From Folioceros fuciformis (taxonomy: Eukaryota), in assembly GCA_049999805.1 (NCBI GenBank), contig JBNGIO010006164.1, positions 27,769-91,768 of the forward strand: a stretch of 64,000 nucleotides of DNA, given 5' to 3'. A program made the translations under genes and the position numbers. This document shows, piece by piece, positions 23,660 through 35,929 of this stretch. How positions within the stretch are numbered: the stretch's first letter is position 1; every line of letters starts with the position of its first letter. The notes under the pieces were generated by a model that searched no databases, was not told the DNA's origin, and was given only the letters and a program-made list of their open reading frames with translations.

Positions 23660-26491
23660 ATGTTGGCTCAGCTCCGGATGTTAGTCTCCTTTTTTAGAAT
23701 CTCCGGCTGCTGCGGATGGAATGGAACGAATGTAGCTAGATCTGCTTCAAGCTTTTTGTTGGGGGCTATTGGAGAGAGGAGTCTTTGTACATTGGGGGGA
23801 TACAGGGATTGGCAGTTTGAGTCAGCCAGGGGCGTGGGAGCAGAGCAGAAAAGCAGGCGGCGCAGAGGAGGTGGCAACGATGGGGAGAGGGAGAGGGAGA
23901 AGGAGAAGAGGTTGACTTGTCCGGGAAAGGCTACGCTTGTGAGCAGGACTTTGGAGATGTTGAGACTATGGCAGAGAGAGCGCAGGCCTGGCAGTCCGTT
24001 GAGGTCTTTGGGGTTTGCGCTTACACCGGATCAAGTCACAGAAGTGCTGAAGCGCCAAAGGGATGTGGGCTTAGCTGTGGCATTCTTCACCTGGGCTGGG
24101 AATCAGGAGGGTTACAAGCACGACTCGTTCACGTACACTACCCTGGTGAAGCTGTTTGGGGAGGTGCAGGATTACGATAGCCTGTGGGGGACCCTACAGA
24201 GAATGCAGCTGGATAGGTGTGAGATGACCGATGTCACATGTAAGGTGGTGTTGCTGAGCTACTTTCGGGCAGGCAGGTGGAAACTGTTAGAGCAGGTGTT
24301 TGCAGGATTGTTGAGTTTAGGTTATTGCCCGACAGCGGCGTCGTATGGGATTCTGGTTGAGCTCTTGCTGCAGTGTGGTGAGTGTGATGCGGCCCTCTCA
24401 TGGTTGAGGAAAATGCTAGAGGTTGGGGTTGTGCCCCAAAAGAAAACCTACTCGAGCATTGTATGCACCTTTCTCAGGAAGGGAGACCTGCAGTTAGCAC
24501 AATCGCTTCTTCGGGAATTGGAGGAGAATGTCGGAACGCCCGCCGTGGGTGTGTATGAGACGCTGATTCAGGGTCTTGTGAAGGCAGCGAAGTATGAGGA
24601 GGCCAGTAAGTTGTTTGCAGCATTGAGGGAGAAGGAGTCGGTTCTGTCCGTGTATACGTATAACACAATGCTGAATGCATGTGGTAAAATGGGGCAGGTG
24701 GATGACGCCTGCAAGCTTTTTGTAGAGATGAAGGGAAATGGAGTGGACCTAAGTGCCGTAACTTTTAGCACGCTTATTGACATGCTCGTGAAGGCTGAGA
24801 GGCTGCATGAAGCTTGTGATCTTGCGAAAGAGATGGAAAGAAGAGGCTGCCTCTTGGACACAGTTGCCACCACCGCTTTGATAAGTGGTTTGGGAAAGGC
24901 AGGCCAAGTGGATGAAGCTTGGGCTCTTTTTCAGAAGATGAAAGAGCACGGCTGCGAGAAAAGCACAGTTACATACAATGCCCTTATGTATGGTCTGTTG
25001 AAAGATGGGAGGGTAGCTCAAGCATGGACATGTTTCTGTGAAATGAGACCAAATGGATGCCTTCCAGATTTGATCACCTACAACACTCTGGTTGGCGGGC
25101 TTGCAAACCTGGGGCAAGCTGACGAAGCCGTGAAAGTTTTTGAAGCAGCAAAAGTGGATGGAATGGTTCTCGATCTCATTTCATACAATAGTCTTCTGAA
25201 TGGACTCTGTAAGACAGGTCATGTCTTCCGAGCCCTGCAAATGTTCGAGGATATGAAGGAAAAAGCACTTTCTCCAAATCTCATAACCTTCAGGATCTTG
25301 ATTGCTGGGCTACTGGATGCAGGTGCGTTGGACGACGCCTGCCGCCTTTTTGAAGACATGAAAAGATTCGGTTGTTGTCCATCCACTTCTGTGTACAATA
25401 GTTTGATCGCAACCCTTGGAAAGGCAAACAGGATAGACCGCGCCTTCAGCCTTTTTGAGGAGATGGCAGAGACAGGCTGTGTCCCGGATGTTGCCACTTG
25501 CAACTCACTCATTAGCGGACTTGGAAGATCAGGCAAGATAGACCAGGCAGTAGATATCCTAGGCTACATGAGAAGGAATAATTTTGAACCAGACGCCGTG
25601 ACCTTCAACTGTCTCATTGACGGTTTGGGCATGGCAGGGAGGGTTGACCAAGCTAAACAACTATTTGCAGCTATGAAGCAGAGTGGCATCCACCCTGATG
25701 GCTTCACGTTCACGAGTATGGTGAACCAGCTGATGAGAGCAGGTCGACCAGACGAAGCTTTGAAATGTTTCGAAGAGGCTGCCCACGCCAATGTCGTCCT
25801 TCACAACTCCCTGATTGCTGGGCTGAGCAAGGCACAGGACATGTCCAAAGCTTGGAGGCTTTTCGGTGAGATGAAGGATGGTGGCCCAACACCGGATGCC
25901 TTCACCTATGGTGCCCTCATCCAGGCCCTGGGCAAGGCTGGGCAACTGCTCGAGGCCTGCACCTTGTTTGAGGAAATGAAACGAAAGGGCATCCCCCCGA
26001 CTCTGGTGAACTATGCGATCGTGGTGAACATTTTGAGCAAATCAGGAGACATGGATGGTGCCTATGACGTGCTGAAGGAGATGAAGAGCAACATGACACC
26101 GAATTTGGTCATCTTCAACACTCTAATCGATGGGCTTGGCAGACTGGGCCGGGTGTCCGAAGCCCAGCGGCTGCTGGATGCATTGCAAGACAGCCAGCAC
26201 GCCCCTGACATTACAACTTACACCTCCCTCATTGTCGGGTATGCTAGGATTGGAATGACTGACAAAGTCTGGCAGCTGTTTGGCAGGATGAAAGATGAGG
26301 GATGTACTCCATCTGTGGTGACGTACACCGCTCTAATCGATGCCTTTGGCAAGGCAGGCATGATGGAAAGAGCACAGCAACTGTGCCGAGAAATGGAATA
26401 CAGTGGTTGCACCCCGGATGTGTGGTTTCTGGACGTCGTATCCTCACACAACCTGGTGTACCCATGTGAATTGCAGCAGAAATTTGCCTGA
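23660..26491 (+). CDS. P-class pentatricopeptide repeat protein (about 20 motifs), single exon
   Basis: 943 aa ORF; AVAFFTWAGNQEGYKHDSFTY followed by tandem 35-aa repeats (TYNxLIxGLxKxGxxDxAxxLFxEM); no E/DYW domain. Confidence 0.95.
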   Translation: MLAQLRMLVSFFRISGCCGWNGTNVARSASSFLLGAIGERSLCTLGGYRDWQFESARGVGAEQKSRRRRGGGNDGEREREKEKRLTCPGKATLVSRTLEMLRLWQRERRPGSPLRSLGFALTPDQVTEVLKRQRDVGLAVAFFTWAGNQEGYKHDSFTYTTLVKLFGEVQDYDSLWGTLQRMQLDRCEMTDVTCKVVLLSYFRAGRWKLLEQVFAGLLSLGYCPTAASYGILVELLLQCGECDAALSWLRKMLEVGVVPQKKTYSSIVCTFLRKGDLQLAQSLLRELEENVGTPAVGVYETLIQGLVKAAKYEEASKLFAALREKESVLSVYTYNTMLNACGKMGQVDDACKLFVEMKGNGVDLSAVTFSTLIDMLVKAERLHEACDLAKEMERRGCLLDTVATTALISGLGKAGQVDEAWALFQKMKEHGCEKSTVTYNALMYGLLKDGRVAQAWTCFCEMRPNGCLPDLITYNTLVGGLANLGQADEAVKVFEAAKVDGMVLDLISYNSLLNGLCKTGHVFRALQMFEDMKEKALSPNLITFRILIAGLLDAGALDDACRLFEDMKRFGCCPSTSVYNSLIATLGKANRIDRAFSLFEEMAETGCVPDVATCNSLISGLGRSGKIDQAVDILGYMRRNNFEPDAVTFNCLIDGLGMAGRVDQAKQLFAAMKQSGIHPDGFTFTSMVNQLMRAGRPDEALKCFEEAAHANVVLHNSLIAGLSKAQDMSKAWRLFGEMKDGGPTPDAFTYGALIQALGKAGQLLEACTLFEEMKRKGIPPTLVNYAIVVNILSKSGDMDGAYDVLKEMKSNMTPNLVIFNTLIDGLGRLGRVSEAQRLLDALQDSQHAPDITTYTSLIVGYARIGMTDKVWQLFGRMKDEGCTPSVVTYTALIDAFGKAGMMERAQQLCREMEYSGCTPDVWFLDVVSSHNLVYPCELQQKFA

Positions 26492-27514
26492 ATTTCTCTC
26501 GTCTCGAAGCTTCTCCTTGCCCACCTTCAGGAATCCTAACCTCGGCTTAATAGGACAAAAGTAGACCCAAAAGTTTGATCTCTTCTGCACCCATTACCTC
26601 ATCTCTCCTCTTCCACTTCCACACGGGGCCCAGGTCGCTCACGATGCAACAATCAAACACATCACCACTCCAAGAAAAAACGTTGAGGGTTTTGATTAAC
26701 GGCCGTTAATCGACATAGAGCTGTTCATTTGATGAAGACTACTTGTTTTGATTTAAATTTTATCTCTTATATTATCATCATATGTTATTACCCTCCTGTT
26801 TTTTGGTTTGAAAATGTCTTTTAATTATATCACAGATAACTGGGGACAGACAAAGTTGTATACAGTACGTTGGAGTACCTGCCTAGTTCTTCCCTGAGGG
26901 GGTGAGACGTTCGCGACCCTGCGGTCGATCCACTACCGGGAAGCATTCGAGGTACCCGGAAGCTCCATAATTACTCCATGAGGATACCAATCCAGGCACG
27001 GTTGTGCAAGATTGTGTGAAGAAGTTGCGAATTCCGACAATGTTGTACCTTGCATGAAAGATTTCCCATGTGCCTTCTTCCTGTCCTGCCTCAAGCTCAA
27101 TGGTGTCGTTGTGGGAAGCCGGTATGTGTGCTGCCAAATGCAAGCATGCGATGAAAAGCAGTTTCGAGAGAGACGAGAGAAGAATTGTGCGGACACACGA
27201 TGTTTGTGTTAGTGACGAGCTGCAGAGATGAAAGGAGATTAGCGCATCCCGTTTGTGTTATCGTAAGACATGGAAGTAAACTGAGAATCGCAAGGGAGAA
27301 TCAAGCGCTGTGGTACCGAGCAGGAGATGGAGTACCTCAGTGTGGTGGCAGGTGAAGAAGATCAGGAACGGGACGAAGATTCGCGGAAAGGTTGGCGGGG
27401 CCGTGACGGTGGCGCAAAGTTGCCTCCAAGGATAAAATTCAGGCCAGGATTACTGACGTCTGATGCCAGACGCTGGCGGGTGAGCTCAAGGGAACGGGAG
27501 AGTGGATCGGAGCT

Positions 27515-29655
27515 ATGGCGCAGCTGGGAGCCGTGTCTTGCATTGCCGGCCCTGGCAGGTCGCCTAGAGTGTGCCACCTCTCCTCCTGCCTGTGGGGCGT
27601 TAGACTGGTTTCCTCCTCCTCTTCCTGCCCGGCCAACCTAAGTATTGCTCCTTGCCTCCTGCCCTTCGTACGCTGAGCTTTCTGCTTCCTCTAACATGCC
27701 TGCTGGGAGGCCGTACGTGCGGGGGGTCCTCACCTGCCTTCGGCCTGCCCGTGTAGCAGGTGCGAGATGGCCGGGCAGACACCACCTCCTTGTTGTGGCC
27801 CGGCGGAAGTCAGGATTCGCGGAGCTCTTTTCCAACAAGCGGTGTGTTATGTGTAGCCTAGTGGGGTGTGGGAGGGAATCCGGTCGTGGAGCTGGTGAGT
27901 GGGTGATGCTGAAGGAAGTAGGAATGGGGAATGGTTGTGCAGATTAGGTCAGGACCAGCAGCAGGAGCAGTCAGGGAGGTTGAGGCGCGGGCAAGTGTCG
28001 CCTCGCTTGCCTGTGCCCAAGCACATACAGAAACCGCCGTATGTCAATTCCCTAAGACCGCCGGCCATGTCGCACAAATTCCAGATTCACGATGCTGCCG
28101 GGGTTGCGGGCATGAGGGCTGCAGGGAAGCTTGCTGCTCGTGTGCTTGAGTACGCTGGAACCCTTGTCAAGGTTCGTGCTCGTGGTTGTTGGATGGTTTG
28201 GTGGCAGGGTTTGTGTTGTGTGTTTCGACCTCTGCCTGACCGCTTGGTTTTGCTGCAGCCAGGAGTTACAACAGATGAGATTGACAAAGCTGTGCATGCA
28301 ATGATCATCGAGAATGACGCGTACCCGTCTCCTCTTGGATATGGTGGCTTTCCGAAGAGTGTGTGTACTTCTGTGAACGAGTGCATCTGCCATGGTATAC
28401 CAGATTCTCGTCCGCTACAGGTGCTTGCCTCAACCTTGTACACTTGTGCTCTGTCAGGCATCGGGTCACCAGTCTTTCGACTTGTGCATTGTCAAATCCA
28501 CAGCAGAACCTGATGGCATGTGTTCTGGCTACTGACAGGATGGAGACATCGTCAACATCGACGTTACCGTCTACCTGAGTGTGAGTCCTCAGTGCCTCCA
28601 GAGGCTACTTTCATCGTTCTGTACTCATGTATTGACGCCAGTGGAGGTCCCCAGAAAATCCTGCTTCCACCTGTGCCACCTCTCTGTCTGTTCACATGAA
28701 ACTGATTCGTAGTCGAATGGTACACGTCGGAGATGAGTGGAAACCAGGAAACGTTCTGGAGCATTGGACAGCGATCCTGCACTCTAATTGATACTTACAA
28801 TCTTGGGGCATCCTGCAGGGCTATCATGGTGATACCTCAAAGACATTCTATTGCGGGAACGTGAGTGATGAAGCAAGACAACTGGTGGAGGTGGGTATTT
28901 TGTGTCCTGTACTTTAGTACACAGTCATCGGAAGTCATGCTTTGAGCCTCTCAACAATGTTGTTCTGATGACAGGTGACTCGGGAATGCCTGGAGAAGGC
29001 CATAGCTGTTTGCGGACCTGAAGTAGAGTTTAAGAAGATAGGGAACACCATTCAGTGAGTATCCATATGCACGTGATTGGAAACCAGTATGTCTCTACCC
29101 GCCCAGGTCAGGAGTCTAACTGGAGCCCTGTACGTCATTTGCGCCTGCAGGGACATCGCTGACAAGTATCGATACGGAGTTGTCGAGCATTTTGTTGGCC
29201 ACGGGGTTGGGCAGATTTTCCACTCAGCGCCAGCAATCCTGCATCACCGTAAGCCCCCTGACTGCAGTGAATTGTCCTGATATGCTGCCTCTTCCTCCCT
29301 TCTTTTCTTTTATGTGTCAATCTGACTTGACCCCAAATTTCTGCAGGCAACAACGACCCTGGTCGGATGGTAGTTGGGCAGACTTTCACGATAGGTGAGG
29401 AACACGATCCGACCGCCTATCTACCGGTCAGACCTTAATGCGCTCCACTTGCAATTTACTAAGCTAGCTGTTCTCACTTGTGATCGGTCCGTCCTTACCT
29501 GGAGCGCAGAGCCAATGTTGACAATCGGGAACATAGCTGACCGCATATGGGACGACAATTGGACTGTTGTGACTGTGGACGGAAGCCTTTCTGCACAGTT
29601 CGAGCACTCACTGCTCATTACCGAAGATGGGGTTGAGACGCTCACCAAATGTTGA
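27515..29655 (+). CDS. MAP1D: Organellar methionine aminopeptidase 1D (multi-exon)
   Basis: VSPRLPVPKHIQKPPYV, AYPSPLGYGGFPKSVCTSVNECICHGIPDSRPL, GYHGDTS, GHGVG, EPMLT, SAQFEH, LTKC*; start codon tentative. Confidence 0.92.
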
Positions 29656-30077
29656 TGTCGCTTTTGTGCTTGTAAACTATATCACATTCCTATGTACAGC
29701 CGACTGGAATTGGTTTAGTAGGCCTGCCATAGCCGCTACTAGATGGCTGTGACGTCACTTATGTATTGTCCCGCGCTGAATTGTTGCTGTAGTGAACTTG
29801 AGAACTCGGGACCTACAATTATTGAGTTTGCTTTAACTCGGAATCGCTTATCTACTAAACGTATCTGCGATGAAGTGAGTGTCGGGACATGATTGAAGAA
29901 CTTTAATCGCCGTGGTCAATCGCTTTCATTGGTGAACGAACTCGTCAAAAACACGATACAACGGAGGAGTAGGGTAGGGTGTAAGGCAGAAGCAGAAAAA
30001 CTCAAGAGCTAGCTTTCGAGCTGTTCCTCCAGTCTATGCTAAAGGAAATGGCAGGCTCCTGAAGAAACCCTGAAGAA

Positions 30078-31323
30078 TTACCGACGCTTTTTGCCAGCAT
30101 ACTTCTTCGACTTTGATGGAGTTATCAAGAGATAAGCGAAGAGACCAACAATGCTCAAAACCGTTAGAAGAGGTCCGTATGCGATGGCCGCTCTCTGCAC
30201 AAGCATGCCAAGTTGTTAGCCACCAAAGTATGCGTTGAGAGGCGCGCAGCACGATGCTGATGCTAAGTCTCTTGAAGAAAACCACGCAATCCCACCTTCA
30301 ACTGGTGTTCAGAACGAACGACGTTGGGGAAGGACACCACCACGTAGACATGAGTTAGAACTGCAGGAGTAAGTAAGGCGAGAAACGAATCCAAAAAGCT
30401 GCAGCCAGTACCACAAGTCCTACCAGATCAAGCTTGTTCTGGCGAGGCTTGTCAGATAACATGTCCAGCTCAAAGATCGGAGTAGACCATGCCTCCTGAG
30501 ATTATGTGAGGAGGAGCAGGGAGATCTTAGACAAGACAGTCACGACAAGTTAAGCACAAAACATTCAAACCTGCCAGCGAGCGGACATTCAACCTGTAAT
30601 TGTGACTTGGCTGTTACACGATACTTAATAACAGCTGGAGCACCTCTGAACAGTCCCTTAACCTTGGGCTCTAGGAGGAATTCATGAGACAGAAGACCAC
30701 CACTGTAACACAACAACCACCACTTATGAACAGAATCCTGAGCGCGCCCAGACACAACATGTTGCACAGCACCGCTACTCACGCATCCAACTTCTCCCAC
30801 GATTGCGAGAAGTTTCCACTGACGACGCTGAAGGACTCCGCCGGCCAGCTCTCGTCGTTCAAGACAACATCATATGCCGTGCTGCAACCCCAGCCAACGG
30901 TCAGGCCTCAGAATTCACCCCGACAGCACCCCGCCAGAGAGAGCTTCAACCCCAGATGCCAGCGGAACAGAGCACAGGAATTCCAGCGGATCAGCAGATC
31001 TGGACTGCAATCCTTGCATGCACGCAACCCGCGGCAGAAGGCGAGCTAAGCACACAGCGCCAGCAGTCAACGGAAATCTAGCTGACATGCGACATCTCCA
31101 GGCCCGACAGATGCAGCAGTGCTTACCTAGCGCCGGCGTTGAAGATGGTGATGCCAACAGAGACACGCTCGGACTTGGCCTTGCCCTTGCTGATGCGCGC
31201 AGTTTTATGCACCACCAGAAAAGCATTTTCTGGAGCACCGTCCACGGCCAGCTCCGGCAGCAGCAGAAGCAGCAGCAGCGCCAACACGGAGGCAGCAGCC
31301 GCCATCACCACACCTCGCCCCAT
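30078..31323 (-). CDS. SSR2: Translocon-associated protein beta subunit (TRAP-beta/SSR2), multi-exon
   Basis: Signal peptide, FLVVHK, TIFNAG, AYDVVLNDESWP, WEKLDA, PAVIKYR; C-terminal TM helix followed by TPSKSKKYAGKKRR*. Confidence 0.88.
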
Positions 31324-31605
31324 CACGCGTGCTGCGAAAAAGTCCCCGCTTTCGGATCCGGTGCTCTGAAATGGCACGACGTCGATAAACTCCCCTAAAA
31401 ACCAAAGTCTTTGGTTACCGAGAATCTGTGCTTACCTCTGCAATGCAATTGGCATACATAGCTGTTAATACGTCCACTACATGCATTATTATATGCAGAA
31501 GGGTATGTGTTCTTTCAGAGTGGCGTAGTTGCTCTGCCTCGGACGGGTTTTTTTTTAACTTGTTACCTCATCGAAGCTGTAGATGGCTGCCTAGAGTTAG
31601 AGTTG

Positions 31606-34188
31606 TCAAGGTCGGCCCTTGCAAGTGCAGCAACCATTTGCAAATCGATGCACACGGTAAGCATCCCTCACAACAATGTGTCTGTGTTCAAGCCTTGACA
31701 TGATCTCCGTGGAACTGTGGCAGTCACTGCACATCCGAAGATTCTTGGTCACCACCAGAGGTGTCCCACTCGGAGTGTTCAAAAGCCCAAACGCCAGAGC
31801 CAGTTTCTCAGCATGCCCACAGAGCTGATCCTCCTTTTCCGCTGCAGACAGTGGCTTCAACACCAGTTTCGTGTGAGGCACGTGGCCTCCTTCCTGCTTC
31901 AACCGTGCATTCGTGCTCTCCACCTTCAAGGCAATATCGTCTCGCTTTTCTCCCACCGCAAATGTATGCACCTGCTCTTTCACCTCAATGCTCGCCATTG
32001 CAGGCTTCTTGTTTGCTCCTGCGGCCATTCTCTGTGTCTCAATCCTCTTGACATCCGTCCACCTGCCTGCATCTGCGTACACATTGGCCATGAGAACGTA
32101 AGCAGAAGCCCGCTGAGGGTCCAGCCTGACGATGCTTTCAAAACACCACGTCGCCCTCTTGACGTCCCCGTGGCTCTTGCAGGCAGTTAACAAAGCCGTC
32201 AGGCCCACAAGATTGCATTGGCCTTCGCAGGATAGCAGCATCTTCTCGGCCTCATCTAGGTGGCCTGCACGCCCAAGGAGGTCGATCATGCAGTTGTGAT
32301 GCTCAGGGGTAGGAGTGATGCCATGCTCTTCAACCATGGAATCGAAGTACATGCGACCTTCGTCCACCAGTCCCTCATGGCTGCAGGCTACTAGAAGGCA
32401 AGAAAACGTTGCTTCGTTAGGCTGAATATCGGCAGCTAGCATCTGCTCAAAACAAGCCAGTGCCTTGGGACCTTCATCGCAAGCACCGTACCCGGATATC
32501 AGGGCATTCCATGTCACCACATCCTTGGTGGCCAGGCTGTCAAAGACCCGGCGTGCAACTTCCAGTTTGCCACATTTCGCATACATGTCCACCAGGCAGT
32601 TGCCCAACACTATGTTACCCAGGAGCCCTCTTTCCACCATCAGTGAGTGCAGCTGCCTGCCCTTCTGCAAGGCACCAGTGCTTGCACAGGCCTTCAGAAG
32701 GCAAGCAAAAGTGACATCGTTAGCCAGAATCAGGCCCTCCTGCTCCATTTGGTCGTACACCACAAGCGCCTCCTGTCCGAGCCCTTGCTGTGCATACCCG
32801 GCTATCAGGGCATTCCATGACACCACGTCCTTCGAGGACAAGCTTTCAAACACCCGGCGTGCAACTTCCACTTCACCACATTTGGCATACATGTCCACCA
32901 GGCAGTTGCCCAACACTACATCATCCATCAGTCCTCGTTCCACAATCTGCGAGTGCAACTGCCTGCCCCGCTGTAAGGCGCCAGCGCTCGCACACGCATT
33001 CAGAAGGCAAGCAAATGTGACATCGTTAGCCAAAAGCGGGCCTTCCTGCTCCATCTGTTCGTACACAAGAAGCGCCTCGTGTGCAAGACCTTGCTGGGCA
33101 TACCCAGCAATCAGGCTCGTCCATGTCACCACATTCTTTGTGTCCAAGCTGTCAAAAACCTGGCGTGCATCTCTCAATTCGCCACATTTTGCATACATGT
33201 CCACCAGGGATGTGCCAACGAACAAGTTAGTGGGAATGCCACTGTGCGACGCATCACAGTGCACTTTCCTGCCTGATTCCAAGTCAGCCGCCAATGCACA
33301 AGCTTGAAGGGCAGCTACAAAGACGTGAGCATCCCCCTTTACTCCTGACCTACGCATCTCATGGTACAGCTGTATTGCCTCATTCGGTTTCCCTTGTTTA
33401 GCATGTGCGGAGATGATGGAAGACCAGGTGAAAACATCTGGTCTGCCTATCCTGGTGAACACATCCATGGCCTCCTCTAACCTACCTCCGCATGCATACA
33501 TGCGCAAGATGTGGTTCCGCACGTATGCATTCGACTCGTACCCAAACTCAACACTGAGATCGTGAACTCTTCCCCCAAGAACCAAGTCCTTCTTAGTTGT
33601 ACACAGTTTTAGCACAGTGCAAAACAGAGACGGAGGAACAGCACAGCCTGTGCGCGCCACACATTCCAGGGCTTGCACAGCCTCAAAAAGCTTCCCCTCT
33701 CGACATAACTTGCTGACGGTTCCAGCCGTGACTTCCCACCTTGCACCCCCGCCAGGGTCAGGGTTACCCAAAGAGCTCAGGTTGGAAGACGAGCCACCCT
33801 GACCCATCTGCATATCCAAGGACACGAGCTGCTCATCAACCCAAGCTGGTTTGTACGTGTTGTCGTCTGACCACAGGACCTCGCCGGACCCCTTACGCCG
33901 GAAGTCAGGCGAACGGGAGCTCTTCTTATGTCGTCTGTTATCCCACCACCGGGTAGGTTCCCACCCATGCTCCTGCTGCAGGCCGCGACCATCTGTGGAA
34001 AACCCATCCCCACACACACATTGAGTCGGAAGTGGAAATGCTGGAGTCCTCACACTGCTGCACCTGGAGGCTTTGTTCGCCCGGGGCTGACAGCGTAGGA
34101 CGAGGTGAGCGGGAGCCCCTCGCAGAATCCCTGTACACACACCAAATTGTTGGATCCACAACGGGTCTGGTTCGCTAATTGTGGTCAT
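31606..34188 (-). CDS. PLS-class PPR protein with E domains and a DYW:KP ('GRP') deaminase-like domain; candidate U-to-C RNA editing factor
   Basis: 860 aa single ORF; PLS triplets; KKPAMASIEV in place of the PG box; HAEKLA, KNLRMCSDCH; ends CTCKGRP instead of DYW. Confidence 0.93.
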   Translation of the reverse strand: MTTISEPDPLWIQQFGVCTGILRGAPAHLVLRCQPRANKASRCSSVRTPAFPLPTQCVCGDGFSTDGRGLQQEHGWEPTRWWDNRRHKKSSRSPDFRRKGSGEVLWSDDNTYKPAWVDEQLVSLDMQMGQGGSSSNLSSLGNPDPGGGARWEVTAGTVSKLCREGKLFEAVQALECVARTGCAVPPSLFCTVLKLCTTKKDLVLGGRVHDLSVEFGYESNAYVRNHILRMYACGGRLEEAMDVFTRIGRPDVFTWSSIISAHAKQGKPNEAIQLYHEMRRSGVKGDAHVFVAALQACALAADLESGRKVHCDASHSGIPTNLFVGTSLVDMYAKCGELRDARQVFDSLDTKNVVTWTSLIAGYAQQGLAHEALLVYEQMEQEGPLLANDVTFACLLNACASAGALQRGRQLHSQIVERGLMDDVVLGNCLVDMYAKCGEVEVARRVFESLSSKDVVSWNALIAGYAQQGLGQEALVVYDQMEQEGLILANDVTFACLLKACASTGALQKGRQLHSLMVERGLLGNIVLGNCLVDMYAKCGKLEVARRVFDSLATKDVVTWNALISGYGACDEGPKALACFEQMLAADIQPNEATFSCLLVACSHEGLVDEGRMYFDSMVEEHGITPTPEHHNCMIDLLGRAGHLDEAEKMLLSCEGQCNLVGLTALLTACKSHGDVKRATWCFESIVRLDPQRASAYVLMANVYADAGRWTDVKRIETQRMAAGANKKPAMASIEVKEQVHTFAVGEKRDDIALKVESTNARLKQEGGHVPHTKLVLKPLSAAEKEDQLCGHAEKLALAFGLLNTPSGTPLVVTKNLRMCSDCHSSTEIMSRLEHRHIVVRDAYRVHRFANGCCTCKGRP

Positions 34189-34936
34189 CGTTCAGGCATC
34201 CCTGCTGGTAGCTGAGGCTACCGATGGCTTCTGGCAGGACCCCCACCAACCCGGAGGATGGTGAGATCATACCCTGCAAACAGCTTCACCGAGAAAGAGA
34301 ACACCCTACTTTCAAAGCACCGAACAGCAGAAATGGTAATCACGAATGCGTTGTCCTCAATTGCTTCGTTCCAGAGAAAAGATGAATTCATTCGATTCTG
34401 ATAGTGACAAGATATCAGTCGTCCGACTATGCTCCGTGTCCCGCCATTGGAGCGCTTTCTTATTCACTAACGTGTGGAAACGCTAATTCACAACACAGAA
34501 CACGCTAATTGACAACACAGAACCTTTGATTCAAATGCTCACTTCGCTACAAGCTTCTCGGTTATCATTGCACATTGAAAAACACTTAGTGCAATCACAG
34601 TTCATCAAGCACTTAGTGCATCACTATCATCAAGCTTTCTAGGCGAACTTTCAAAAGAATGTTCTTTTGAAAGTTCAAGCGATCATTCTTTCCTCCTCAC
34701 TATATACCTCCATTGGATATCCTATAATGCATCCAACTTTATAGGTTCACCCAAATAATATTTGATCTCCTCAAAATCGTTTTTTTAAAAGTCTGATTAT
34801 ACATAGCTCAAGCTACAGCCAAATTACAATACTTGCTCGCGTAGATGCGTAAGGTGTTAGTCTACATACTAACTCCTAAACTGCAGAGGTAAACAAACCA
34901 GAACTAGCGTGCAAGTGAGAGATCCCTCATCAATGG

Positions 34937-35700
34937 GTGGCTCACCGACCCCACGGGCAGGAGTGGTTTCACTGGCCATTATGCTCGAGGAATCCAGCTG
35001 ACTTCTACTCTGTTCGTCTGAACTTGTTGTGTGCAGGAATACGAATGCTCTCTGCAGTCACCAAGATCGGTTCCCAGATACGCCAAAGTAAAGCTTTCCT
35101 TGATACCGAGTCATGGCCGCCATAGACCATTGTTGTCCAATTTTGCCACAGGGTGAAGAGAGCCAGAGACCAGTCCACTCCCCACCACTGCTTTTGGACT
35201 AGAGGCTCTCCTGTCCGTTCGTCAAGCCCGAAAAGGGCGGTTTGCTCTGTAACCACAATGGTTCTCTCTGCGGGGAGGTTTTGAAGCCACTTGCCAACTT
35301 CAATCCAGACACCTTGCGCATAGTCGCACTGAAAGAAGATATGTTGGCTTTTGTGAGATGCGCCAACACTACAAAGTCTACACCATTCCTCCCCCGTGGC
35401 CACCAGCAACCCGTCCCAGCGATCTGCGTTAGGTAGACAAGCTTGGAAGAAACACCAGATGGTAACCCGCACCTTGGGGGGTACCCCAGTGGTCGACCAC
35501 AGGAGTTTAATCGTTGCCCTCTAGCGATCCTTGGAGAGCCTCAATCTCGAAGCCAATCGACTTCGCTAAGGAGATTTCTGTGCGCACACTAGTCGGAGTA
35601 GATGGTTGTTGAAGGAAAGTTGAAAAGTGATATCGTGTTCCCCTGCATCCTTCTAGAGCTCCCAGGCCACATATATAGATAAGGTCTCATCACTAATTCC
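34937..35700 (-). mobile_element. LINE ORF2 3' remnant (zf-RVT-like end)
   Basis: WCRLC...HIFFQCDYAQGVW and KALLWRIWE; homologous to 41431-41700. Confidence 0.75.
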
Positions 35701-35929
35701 CAATTCTCCTTCAATCAAAACCAACATCTTACAAGACTTTGTTGCAAAGGTTGCTTCTTGTGGACATGTTCTTCTTGGGTGAGCTAATGCCCCGCACGCC
35801 TAGCTCTGTAAAGCGTAGTTATCCCTCTCAGGCACACACCACCGATCATGCCTTCCTCCCTGCCTACATCCTCCAGAGGCCCTTCTGCATTCAAAGTCCT
35901 GTAAGATAGATTCCCACTGTCTTCTGTTA

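Noticed and set aside
32465-33307. 280 aa plus-strand ORF and similar antisense ORFs over the PPR, F-box and fibrillin genes
   Set aside because: Shadow ORFs of GC-rich coding sequence with no independent motifs.
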